DNA from: Marsupella aquatica
Taxonomy: Eukaryota > Plantae > Marchantiophyta
Direction: 5' to 3'
Length of the DNA stretch: 64,000 nucleotides
Assembly: GCA_973895155.1 (NCBI GenBank)
Contig: OZ316897.1
Coordinates: 20,922,260 to 20,986,259 of the forward strand
The first letter of the stretch is position 1. Every line of letters starts with the position of its first letter. The notes beneath the pieces were generated by a model that was not told the DNA's origin, searched no databases, and saw only the letters and a list, made by a program, of their open reading frames with translations. Position numbers and translations under genes: made by a program. Below are positions 29,101 through 40,206 of the stretch, in pieces.

Positions 29101-29805
29101 CTGTAGAGATTTAGACTGCCACTTCGATACAAATTCCAAGAAATTCCTCAATTCTGGGATTCCTTTCATTTTACATACAGACGGTGTGGTAAAGCTCCAA
29201 CAACTTAGTTGTAGAGAAGTTTGATTCTCAGATAATCTTCTTCCAGACTACGCATTTGAATAATTATTAGCCTTTGGATGCATGCGCAAGACACGTGCGT
29301 GTCAAATCATCACAAATAGTTCTAACGTACAAAGCAAGAACTTCGGGACAGTACATAGCTGTTGACAGCTTCGACTTTTTGATTGATTTGGTTGATTTGA
29401 CTAGCGCTTTAGTTTCTGGTATCCATTGATGATTAATGGCCATGGTACTTGCATTCTGGAAGAGAACTAAGTCGGAGTGGCCCGACAACTCTTTCGTTCT
29501 ATTTCGTTGAGATCTGAAGGTGCAGAGCCTTCAGTTGTTGATTCACAGTGCTCGTCAACTAAACTTCACCAATTATACAGAGTTCATTTACTGATGGGAA
29601 GTGACCGATGAGGAATTAAAACTTCTGAAGGAAATTGCTTGATTAGAGATACATCAAACTGATCGCCTACCTTGTCTTTGGATGGCTGAGTAGACGGCGT
29701 GGGATCCCTGACTGAAGAAGATCTTGGTGTCGACGGCTTACTACCTCGAACGTGGAAAGAGGAGTCCGTGTCGGTCCGCTCGAGTTTGCTCGAGCATTTC
29801 CCCAT
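486..29805 (-). CDS. Giant (~8,986 aa) acidic Glu/Pro/Ala/Val-rich repeat protein with N-terminal MGxCxSK acylation motif; 4 coding exons
   Basis: Exons 29805-29671 (45 aa), 28784-27864 (307 aa), 27430-27155 (92 aa) and 26114-486 (8,542 aa + TAG). Junctions AAG|gtaggc..ttgtag|CTG, CGA|gtaaga..tatcag|AGA and GAG|gtattt..ccacag|ACA are all phase 0 and give one continuous reading frame. Confidence 0.8.
1250..25620 (-). repeat. Coding tandem array of 195-nt (65 aa) and 318-nt (106 aa) units with an occasional extra 96-nt (32 aa) module; core motif TREFDLPLE
   Basis: Motif spacing of 195 nt (16743 vs 16938). Higher-order offsets of 513 (=195+318), 831 (=195+2x318), 2364 and 3468 nt were checked directly in the sequence. 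Confidence 0.97.
27155..27430 (-). CDS. Exon 3 of giant protein (REGYTAREEPL...TTKEVYE)
   Basis: Pyrimidine tract + tatcag acceptor, open 92-codon frame, GAG|gtattt donor. Confidence 0.75.
27864..28784 (-). CDS. Exon 2 of giant protein (Ser/Pro-rich disordered head)
   Basis: Overlaps most of the 306-aa track ORF in the same frame; ttgtag acceptor and CGA|gtaaga donor; 921 nt. Confidence 0.8.
29671..29805 (-). CDS. First coding exon of giant protein, MGKCSSK...
   Basis: ATG at 29805, MG-x-C-x-S-K motif, AAG|gtaggc donor at 29670. Confidence 0.75.
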
Positions 29806-29876
29806 CTTGGGAGGATGATTTTTGAGTACTAGATGATATTAAATGCAGTAACAAAGAGATCACGAACCCAAATTCT

Positions 29877-30283
29877 CTGCACAGGTAAAATATTAGAGTT
29901 CGCCGGGTAAAAAATTGTCGGACTCTGTCAAACAATCAATAAATCAAAGAAGTCAGCTGAAGGATATTTTCGAACTTAGATCTGCATTACAGTAAAAAAT
30001 AATCTTGCAATAAATACACCACACCCGCCGACTAGATAATGAAAATGCTTGATTATCCGAAAGCAATTCACCAAGGAGGAACGACAAGTCACCTACCGTA
30101 GCTCCAAATTGTAGAACACAGACAGATTTTTGTAGGAAAATACTTACAAAATTGCCCAATTAAGATCGCCTTCATCCAATAACTGATAAAAGTCAGGATC
30201 CTAACTACTGCGTTAAGGGAAATGACTTCGAGAAGACGAGCGTACACAATCCAAAGCCAAAAGGCGAATGAACGGCAGCGTAC
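29877..30283 (-). other. Possible 5'-UTR intron of the giant gene
   Basis: CAG|gtacgc donor at 30283 and ttttacctgtgcag| acceptor at 29877; no transcript evidence. Confidence 0.4.
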
Positions 30284-30564
30284 CTGTGACTGGTGATTTG
30301 CTGAGCAAGATCTCCGATGTCAACTTTTAACAATTTTTTGAGATGCAACCAGGCTGTCTATATGTGAAGATTTCAATGCATATGATGTTATCCGGTATTC
30401 AATGGCTGGTAAGTGTACGAGCTTGGCACGTCAAAAATATGTGCAATGTTCAAACACCAAAGCAGAATATGCTGAAATAGCGCAGGGATTGTTTTCTTGC
30501 TCGAAAAAGCGCAAAAAATCAACCCAAACGTATATTAAAAGCCTCAGTCTACCGAACGGGCTAC

Positions 30565-30711
30565 CGAAAGCTTCCACTTAGTACAGATCTGACATACACA
30601 AGTAACTCGGAACTGCTTGACCACTAAAAATGCAAGCGAAAGCTTCAACTTAGTACAGATCTGACATACACAAGTAACTTGGAACTGCTTGACCACTAAA
30701 AATGCAAGCGA
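30565..30711. repeat. Tandem duplication, 2 x 72 bp
   Basis: cgaaagctt(c/a)..agtacagatctgacatacacaagtaact..aaaaatgcaagc repeated at 30565 and 30637 with ~2 mismatches. Confidence 0.95.
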
Positions 30712-32004
30712 GTCCTACGAGTGACGATAACTTTCGCAATAACGATGAAAACTTTGCCAGATATATTGAACTTGCAAGCCACTCACAGAGTAACTCGGTG
30801 CCAATATTGTGCGCTTTGTGAGCGATTCTGAATTCGCTTCAACGAAGGATCGCGCCCCTCCTTTGTTGGGCTTACACAGCTCGGCGTCGCAAGCTGTGAG
30901 CTAGCTCCTGCATTCAGAGCTGAAAATCCTCCTCTAGTTTTGAGCTCCAATCAAAACTCTAAAAACTCGAGTTGGAGTCTATGGCAGTTGGTGTGTGGCG
31001 AATGCTGTGATGTCGAGCTGTCGATCGATTGATCGATCGGCTGGTCTATTGATCGCTCGTAAGAGTGTCTTAAGATTAAATTTGAATGCCTATTGGATAT
31101 CCGCAAAGCTGTCTGTCAGACTTGGGAGACCTAGCTAACTAGGATAAGTCTATGAGCGATCTGTCAATTTTGATCGAAGAATTGAAGATTTGGGCGATAT
31201 CAATCGACCGGCTTTGAGTGCGGGAGCACCTATGCCTGGTGAGGGAGAAGCAAGCGGTCGAGCGTATGCGACTGCTGGCAGAGCCTGCCTTTCACAGTTA
31301 CAATTCAGAGAACCAAAGACGATTCCGGATGCTTAAAAGGAAGAGGCCACAAGTGCGTAATAATAGGTTGCTACCCTACGTCCCTTCCTACAGAAGACAC
31401 AATGTGCCTTCCCTGCTTTCCTAGAGTCCCAAAAGAGGCAACCTGCTTTAATTACTTTTATGATTGTAGAAAGTAAAAGTTTAGATGCTTCAAATGTTGG
31501 TTATTTTTTCTGCCCCACGACAGTTTTATTGTATCAAAAATTATGAGATCTTGAAAATGGGATATATGGAGATAGCACAATTTTAAAGAATACATTCCGC
31601 TGAATTATTTTTCGATGGTCCAGCGAAGCACGCGTCAGTTAAGACACCGAGTGTGGCTGGACTGGTTCGGACCGACCTTTTCCACTTTCAGTAAAGCGTT
31701 TTCTGAAGGGCCTACAGTAGTTCTGCTGGTTGAGTACTTTGAATGTACAACCTCGTGCACAAGACCTTGGACCACACAATGATCCAGGCCAAGCCAAGTT
31801 TGTTTGCCGTTGCCGTGCGTTGCAATTAATAATAACTTGCTCCAGGTTCAAATCAAAGGTTAATAGAGAGCTCAATATAACAAATACAAAGACGTAAATC
31901 TCTCATGTAATTGCTACCCGGCCTCAAACTGAATTTCGAGCATCCTTATGCCCTCAGCGAATACCAATCATCCCCTCGCAATTTAAAGATATCAGTGAAT
32001 TGAA

Positions 32005-35000
32005 GTCCTTCCTTGGCTTTTCAAGACATCTGCTAATACAAGTAATCCCTTTTGGATTTAAGTATGCATGGTGGAATTGGAACTCTATGTTGAAAGTCCG
32101 ACATTAGGCTTCATTTCTGTGACAAACGGACCCATATCAGCACGACGTTTTTTCTTAGTTTTTGTTTCCGAGGACAAGTGATTGGATTAGAATTCACCAT
32201 AATCACAAGAATGGCAGTGCCAAGGTTTAGGTCCTGCTCTTGATTGGGGTGAGGAGTCACGATATGGGGCCAGGGTTCTCATGTGCCTGGACCTGGACCT
32301 GGCCCAAGGTACTTCCGCAATGGCAGTTGGGGTGGTGGTGGACGAGCAGGAGGGTGAGAACTGAGAAGGGTCGGCTGGGCGGGCTGCGAGCATGGGTCAG
32401 AACCATTTCAAAGGCCTGGCCCGGACAGATTGATTTTGGACGAGGATTTCGTTGCTGTACTGACACTAGAGGGGTGGTGGACTGGTGGGGGTTGGAGGGC
32501 GGCCGGGTGGGCTCAGGGCATGGGCCCAGGGATTTGAAAGAAGAGCTCGCCAGACAGCAGGGCATGATGTACGTACTGTACCACTGATACGTACGTACAT
32601 CAATGAAATTGAATCGGAACCTGAAGAAGAGACGTAAACGTGTTGAGGTCGACTGGCAAGTATTCCGAAAGTAACCCAAATTAATCTTTCCCATCGCGTG
32701 CATCGAAGCAAAAATTATTCAAATTTCTTTGACCGCTACGTCGAAAATAGACAGCAACTCTTGCCTCTGCAACATTTCAATTCCGGGGAATAAAAATTAC
32801 AAGTAAATGACATTTAAGAGCTACAAGAATCGGTCAGCGCTAATGGTGCATACTCAAGAGATCCAGGACGATCGATCGTTTCTAAATTCAGCGAAATGCT
32901 CAATAAATTCTCATAAGTTACTCTGGACTACTACTACTACAGTCATACGGGATCGCTGGAGTTGGGCAGGAGAGGCTACGCATTTTGATCTAGTAGGCTA
33001 GCTAGCGGTTTACAAGCGAGACCAAACTTTTCCTGTCCAAATTCATGGCATGGTGCTCTGGGAGTTTTCTCATTACTGGCCGTGGCCCACCTTTGAGAAC
33101 AATGACCGTCTTCTGCCTCTCGGCAAGTAATAATTAATTGCTTAGCTGTTATTCCTTCACCTGTGATTGCTTTTCCATCAACCCCAGACTCCCGACAGAT
33201 TGACTGGGTTCATATGACATATTATAGTTGGTAGGAGTTCTCTCTCGATTGACGATAACGAATCGGTGTTCCCAGTGCGCCAGATTTGGCCGATAGTACC
33301 TGAGGACACCTCTTTTGAAAAGCGGGCCGAGTCATGCAAAGCCGGTGTGGCACTAGCCAGAAAAAGAATGGGCGGTCGCGCTAGCTACGATCTATGCACA
33401 ACTTGTGGCCCAGGCAGCTACTGCTAGACAAGAATCCTGCAAATAGTGGCCTGTCCGCCACACGAGGCCCTGGATATGTAGGAATCCTAACGTCAACTTC
33501 CTGTATAAGTTTTCGTCGTAAGTACGTCTTTGGGGCGTCTACGATAATTGAATGCCTTTCCTAAAGGTGTTTGAACTGGTTTTGACCAGCAGAACACGGT
33601 CCTCCTTTCATCTCAATCGCCAATCCTCTGCCTTATGCTCTCACAAGCAAAAAAACTTATAGCTTACGTCCCTGCGATTGGAACCCAGTAAAGTATTGAG
33701 CTTCTTTCAACCCCAAGTGATAACTAAGGCTGATGCATTTTCACATAACGTTACTTACCTACAATAAAAGTTTATAGGCAGTAGCCCGTTGCGCTTTACC
33801 GATCCTTCTTACCGCGATCGTCGTTTATTTGGGGCTACAAATGCATGTACTCTTATTCTGACCTCGCAGTCCTCCAAAAGGATACAATCGTTGACACGAA
33901 TACAATTTCAGTATCCATGGGTTTGCCTCGAAGCAGCTCAATAGCTACTTTGTCTTGTTATGGTGCAGTCAGCTTGGGAATTAAGTCGGTCTATTTTTCC
34001 CTACAGCAATTCATTCGGGGGAATCAATCTACAAGTTTTCATATGTCAGATGCGAAATTCATGTGGAATTTTTCCTTACTTTCGTTAATGATTATAAGGA
34101 GTGGACTTCAGTTGGAGGAAATAGGTACACCTGCCAACACTTCGCACTGTGGCGCTAGACACAGTGTAGTCTGCACGGTGCTTTATACTGCAATCCGTTT
34201 CGTCTGTCCGTGCCCCGCACATGATGAAATAGATGATAGCAGCAACAGGCGTGTCTACTTTCTGGATTGGCCGAATCGCCCCATCCAATTAGGCAGACAT
34301 ACTCTTATGACGACTTTGACCCAAATCTCAGGTAAGAACTAGGCACTCGTTGTATGACGTATTTTTTGTGTTCCAAGCGCCCCCTCACCCCACAAGTAGA
34401 AGAAGAAGAAGTAAAGTCGACTAGCTCTTTTGTCGCTACGCTGAGCTCAGCTCATCTCACCTTCTTCTCGAGTCTCCGAGCAATCCAAAGTGCCCCCCCA
34501 GAGCGAACTTGAGGAGTTGAATACCGCGACCGAGAGGAATCCAGGGAGGATCGAGGCTTTACAGCAGAGTATCAGCAGAACCACTGGCGGGTTAGGAGTT
34601 AGACCCCACTGCCGACGTAAAAGGCATGAGCTCCCTAGGCAAACTAGGAGCGGGACTAGGAGAGCTAGATAACTAGGGCTGTCACCACATTCTAGCAGTG
34701 AAGCTTTCTCCTCTAATTGTCATGAGTTTGACTTAGTAGACAGTATTTCTATTTCTATACTCGGTATTTCCCTACTGTTCTTTTGTTGGATTGTTTTTGC
34801 GCGGTCCCGAATCCTGTGCGAGACTCCTCCTGCCCTCCCAAGTTCTAGTCTTCAGTCTACGATGTAGACATTACGCGGGAGGTTGCAACTTATCTGTGTA
34901 TAAGCAAATTTCTGATTTTGCGGTACGTCTCACTAACTACAGACTGATCAATTGACGTGAATGTCATCCTACGAGTTCTCAATTTGTCACGTAAGCGGAG

Positions 35001-37038
35001 AGGTCCATTATGTTGGTGATAACAAGTTTCCTACTCGAAAAGTTCCGTTCAGAAAAGGACTTCTGGGAACTGCGTCTTCTTTCATTTTCCGTGAGGTCGG
35101 TTGGCGAAGGCTCAGCATCTTGACTAAATTGAATGAATCATCGATGAAAACAGTGACAAGCCCAAAGTACGTACCAACCGTCACCATCGTTTGGTGGTCG
35201 AGTAAACTAAATGGTTTTCGAGTATATATACTCTCCCTTTTTTTTAGTGTAATATGTAATCTCTTCTTTTCTTTCTGGTGGCCTATGTCAGTCTAGCGGG
35301 AAGCCTTCCTAGCCTTCTATTATGGTGAGCTTTTCCCTAACCTCAAGCGGTCACCCTCCAGCAACTTGCAACACCTTGAAATCCAGTTATTCCAAACTCA
35401 GTGACTCCCCGCAATATCCGACTTATTGACCATCCCATATATGCTTGGCAACACTGCCTGTCAGTATCACTTACTATCTACAACTCAACATAATTTACTA
35501 TCAGCAATGAGGGCATAGGACTAATGACTTTTCAAAATGTGTTTCAAATTAGATCGACAGTTAGTTGAAACCATGGTGTAAAACGTGTTGGAGCTTATAG
35601 ATCTAATATTGAGGACTAAAGTTTGTCCACGTTCTCTTATCAAGCAATTCCCTCCAGGCAATCTCGATCACGTTGCTCGTCAAAATATTTTCCATAAATT
35701 AACATCTCTCCCTACACTGTACAGGCATGCACGGAAGACCAATGTGCAACGTACTGGCGGATCGCAGTCAGCTTTACAAATGCTTGCCTGCTCGTTTGGC
35801 GAGATGGATAGTTCATTGGAAGGAATTTATGGCAGAACGGGATCCGAGTGACAGCAATCCAGCAGACACCAGGCTGACAATCGAACGCAAACGCAGGCAG
35901 GCAAGCAGAGCGGTGGGGCCGAGGCTCCAGCCCCACAGCACCTTTTATGTATGTGCTATTGCATTCTTCTCACCACCCACCGGCTTGCATACCCCTCCCC
36001 CTGTGATGGGTGGGAACGACACTCTTGTTGAGATTACGATACTGTACTACGATACGTTTCTCAGCAGAATGATCAAATTCGCGTTGGTTACAGTGGCCAA
36101 GTAGTGTACGTCCTGCATCCTGGCTAGCTGGGCACATCAGAATTGTAGGTTTCCGAAAGAGGCAGGACCATGTTCTACTCCATGTTCCTCACCGATCGAT
36201 TCAGATGTACGTGATCAAGGGCCACCTTCCACACGCAAGGTTTTGTGGGATATGAAAACGAGATTTCACACTCTACTAGCTCCGTCTTAGAAAGACATCC
36301 AAGTAAAAATATCAGTCTCGTCGAGTGATGATAAATGGCGTGAATATTTAAATACAAATTAAAACTTGCCTGTCAGCATATTGAGTGAGCCGTTTGTTCT
36401 TGCCAACACGGAAGGTGCCTGATTGGGATAATCTGCTCATTTATGCGCGAACGCACTTGATAAATTCGAGACACTGTTAGACATGAGCTCCTGTTGGCAG
36501 ATTGATTGCATTGTGAAGAAAACTACTAATCAAGCAGATTGAAGAGTTTGGATCTGACCTCTCATCACCAAAGCTTCAATGCTTTGCACGGGGGCCTGAC
36601 CAATTGCATTTTCATGAGACGATGAAACGAAAGAAGTGAGAAGGACTTGAAAGGTTGCGAAGGGACGCATCTAGCTACAGTTCCGGCTATAGCCCAGCTC
36701 TGGAAGTAGTGCCTGGCCTAGAATCCACATAAACTTACTCATAGAGTATATAATCTGGAAACCGGAACATATTATGGCTCCCCTATCTTAGTGTCTACTC
36801 CTACGGTGGTCCAGACCAGATCCAAATGGAAGTTGTCGTACGTCAGGGAACGATTTATAAGTCAGATTTGAGTGTGGTCCATCCTGAAACGATGCGGCCA
36901 AATCAACGATGTCGCTGTGTCACACTGGACGTGATTGTGTGACACTAAGGCACGTACTCTAGTTTGGATATTCTTAAGTTGCCGTTCAGCAATTTGCTAT
37001 GATATGTCATTGATACCCTCACGAGCCAGGCTCGTGGT
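32005..37038 (+). repeat. Segmental duplication, copy A (direct repeat of 39675-43691)
   Basis: Colinear blocks shared with copy B, e.g. tgttgaaagtccgacatt, gagcatgggtcagaaccatttcaaaggcctggcccggacagat, tctcgattgacgataacgaatcggtgttcccagtgcgccagat, atgttggtgataacaagtttcctactcgaaaagt. Confidence 0.95.
32257..32565 (-). CDS. Putative small Pro-rich protein (102 aa, MPCCLA...HENPGPIS), copy A
   Basis: Start, stop and net frame are kept in copy B despite indels; synonymous changes TGC/TGT, CGG/CGA, TCA/TCG, ATA/ATC; conserved downstream GT-AG intron 32197-32117. Confidence 0.4.
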   Translation of the reverse strand: MPCCLASSSFKSLGPCPEPTRPPSNPHQSTTPLVSVQQRNPRPKSICPGQAFEMVLTHARSPPSRPFSVLTLLLVHHHPNCHCGSTLGQVQVQAHENPGPIS

Positions 37039-37348
37039 GAGGGTCCACTCGACTTTTCAATCTCTCATCTGTGTCATTCGATTCGGTATTGTGCTTTGGT
37101 CCCTCCCTCTGATCACAAATTTGGTAAAATAAGTAAGAAATTTGAACGAAATGTTATATGTGGGTACGAAATGATTTTGAAGATCTCATCCTCCAAATGT
37201 TTTGGCTTTATACTATTGTAAACGGTTTGGTCAGCCACTCTTTACGTCCTAGCCAGGTTTCACGAAATTTTCTACTTAGTTTGTCCTCCACAAATTTGGA
37301 CAATAGCCAGACTGCTTGTTCTTTGAATGTGGGGAGACGTGAGTAGTA

Positions 37349-37573
37349 AGAAAGTTCTGTAAAAACATAGATTTCTTGTAAGAATAGTTACACTCTAGAG
37401 CCAGAAAGTTATGTAAAAACACAGATTTATTGTAAGAATATAGTAAGTTACACTCTAGAGCCAGAAAGGTATGGAAAAAAATAGATTTATTGTAAGAATA
37501 GTTACTCTCTAGAGCCAAAAAGTAATGTAAGAACATAGATTTCTTGTAAGTTAGAATAGTTACACTCTAGAGC
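37349..37573. repeat. Minisatellite, ~4 x 54-58 bp
   Basis: Unit agaaagtt(c/a)tgtaaaaacatagattt(c/a)ttgtaagaatagttacactctagagcc. Confidence 0.95.
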
Positions 37574-37795
37574 CGTCACTCTAGACCATAGCTTGTGCCT
37601 AGCTTCTCTTCTCCAATATATTATTAGTTTAAAGAAAAGGAATTACAATTTTGATCTCAAATGTTAATCGCAGAAGGCCGGACCCTGTTTGTTAGTTCAT
37701 CAAATACTTACTGTAGGAATTATGTGAGACAACCCCTCCACTCCCTGTGACCCAGTGAAGAGACCTTCGCAGACTGACGACAACACTACTATCGA

Positions 37796-38241
37796 TCTGT
37801 CTAGAGCCCTCACTTCGCTCACGTAACTTGGTGCACAGTAAGATATCCTGAAATAGGATTTCCATCCAGACTTTTGAGATTGGGTAGTATCCCAGATCAA
37901 ATACTACAGTATTGGAAGCATACTTGGACTCAATCAGTATCCAGTTCCCTTTCATGGTCACCTTTCTCTGGTCTGGAGAGTCCCCCTGCTGGTACTGTCC
38001 AGACCACACTAATCTCTGTCTAGAGCCCTCGCTTCACTCTAAAAAACTTGGTACACAGTACATATGACATATATCCTCGATTAGGATCTCTCTATCCAAA
38101 CATTTGAACTTGTATAGACTAGTAAAATTGATTTAAGATTTGAGTGTGAAGCATACTTGGAGGTCAATCAGCCAGGATGCCTTTTCCTTTATGGTCATCT
38201 TTCTCAGGCCTAGATAGTCCGGCCTCCTTATGGTACTGTCC
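37796..38241. repeat. Old degenerate tandem duplication, 2 x ~220 bp
   Basis: tctgtctagagccctc..aacttggt(g/a)cacagta..gaagcatacttgga..atggtca..tggtactgtcc at 37796 and 38015. Confidence 0.8.
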
Positions 38242-38803
38242 TTCCCTCTCTCAGAGGTCATGGCTGGTAGGATCAGGGTACCCTGGGACAACCTTTCTAT
38301 TCTAACTTGGGAACGAGGTAAGGTCCTATACACGGAAGTAGATTCTTTCATTTTTCTGTCGATAGCAGTGTAATAAGAACCCTCAGATTTTCCTATGTCT
38401 TTTAAGGAGGACGGTTAGATATAGTCACTCAGTCTTTCAACCAGGTAAGTGTCTGGGTCTAGGTTTATTAGCCTGATTACTTGTATCACTCGTTACTTGA
38501 ATGGAAATAGAGTTAGGGTCAAAAAGTATCTTACAAAAAAAAGATTCCTGCCTGGTTTTGTACATCTCCCCTCTCTGTGGTTTTTGTCTATATCTTTACT
38601 TTCAATTATGCCTTGAGTTAGAGTCTTGAACTTCACTCTATACTGTAGGCCTGGATAGCTTATTACTAGTAAAACATCCTTCTGTCTGGGTACCCCAAAA
38701 CACAACCAAAAAACCCCCCCAAATCCAAAAGTTCTTTGAAGAAAATGTTCAGTGCCCAGGACAAAAGCACAATTAAGCCTTTGGCAGTTTCTCTGCTTAC
38801 ACT

Positions 38804-39391
38804 CCCGGGGTTCTCGGTCACTTATTTTCTTCTAAACCATCATGTGCAAATAAGTATAGTGTGTTTTTATTGGGTTTAGTGAAATACTTTTGAATTTTAT
38901 CCAATTTTGAGAATTATAAGAATCATAGAGTTTTTTAAATCAAATTTGGGAAAATTCTTGAAATATTCCACTAAATTAGGGGTAAGAAAATTACTAAAAA
39001 AAACTTTATTGATTTAAGTTTTAAGGTGTTTATTCTTCCAAACTTCGCTCGTGATATGGGACACTCTCGGGGATTTCATTTCCACAAAAATGACACATCA
39101 CGTGTGACGAAGTATGAGACCATTTTAATGGTTCGAAGGGAAGAATTAATAATTTTATGAGAAGAATAATAGGGTATTTTAAATCCATTTTTGAGATTTA
39201 TAAGAACATTAGGGTACTTATAACCAATTTTTTGGAGTATTCCAAGAATATTCCAACTTTATAGGGATTGAATTTATTTTTTATTTTTTTACATTTTAGG
39301 GGATTTACGATCTACAAACTTCGTAGGTGATGAAGAGACATCCATATAGTGAGACCCCCAAGGGGACACCCCTTGGATTGAGGCCCTCAAG
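38804..39391 (+). mobile_element. Older MITE copy interrupted by a younger copy of the same family
   Basis: Degenerate termini cccggggttctcg / tgaggccctcaag; flanks cttacact / cttacata; internal sequence parallels the inner element. Confidence 0.65.
39066..39362 (+). mobile_element. MITE (297 bp), nested
   Basis: TIRs ctcggggatttca / tgagacccccaag; TSD gggacact / gggacacc; reverse complement of 45861-46156. Confidence 0.85.
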
Positions 39392-39918
39392 CTTACATAG
39401 ATGGCAAGACATTGCCTACCATCATAGATGCTCCAAATGACAGATTGAAACCAACTTCAATTGCCCCAGACGTCCATACTTGTGCACATACATGCACATA
39501 ATACTGGCAGGACCTGACAAAGACATGCATAAGTGTACCCAGGCAATAGAACATGTATCTTTTTGTGTCAACTACTTGTTTGTTTTATGGTCATGTGCAT
39601 GGAGATAGTGTCTTCGCACAACATCTGGTAAGACAGGCCAGAAAGAAAGAGGATACTTGGATCTGAGGGTCCATAGTCATCCCTTTGGATTTTAAGACAT
39701 ATACAAGTCATCCCTTTGGGTTTCAAGTATACATGATCTGGAATCGAAAATCATTGTTGAAAGTCCGACATTACGCTTCATTTCTGTAACAAGCGGACCG
39801 ATATTAGCACGTCGTTATTTTGTCTTTTTTCTAAGGACAAGTGATCGGAGTAAACTGACCATAATCACAAGAATGGCAGTGCCAAGATTTAGGTCCTGCC
39901 ATTGATTGGGCTGAGGAG

Positions 39919-40206
39919 TCACAAGATGGGGCCAGGGTTCTCATGGACCTGGACCCTGGAGGTACTTTCGGAATCATGGCTGGTGATGGTGGTGGTGGTG
40001 GTGGTGGACGGTGCCAAGGGTCGGCTGGGTGTGCTGTGAGCATGGGTCAGAACCATTTCAAAGGCCTGGCCCGGACAGATCGATTTTGGACGAGGATTTC
40101 GTTGCTGTACTGACACTTTAGGGGTGGTAGGGGTGGAGGGCGGTCGGGTGGGCTCAGGACATGGGCCCAGGGATTTGAAAGACGGCATCGCCAGACAGCA
40201 GGGCAT
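39919..40206 (-). CDS. Putative small Pro-rich protein (95 aa, MPCCLA...HENPGPIL), copy B
   Basis: Paralogue of 32257-32565; conserved downstream intron 39859-39784 with gctaat branch site and tgttacag acceptor. Confidence 0.4.
   Translation of the reverse strand: MPCCLAMPSFKSLGPCPEPTRPPSTPTTPKVSVQQRNPRPKSICPGQAFEMVLTHAHSTPSRPLAPSTTTTTTITSHDSESTSRVQVHENPGPIL

Noticed and set aside
32257-32286. C-terminal AHENPGPIS resembling the CLE/TDIF peptide HEVPSGPNPISN
   Set aside because: It lacks the 12-residue spacing and terminal N/H, and the ORF has no signal peptide.
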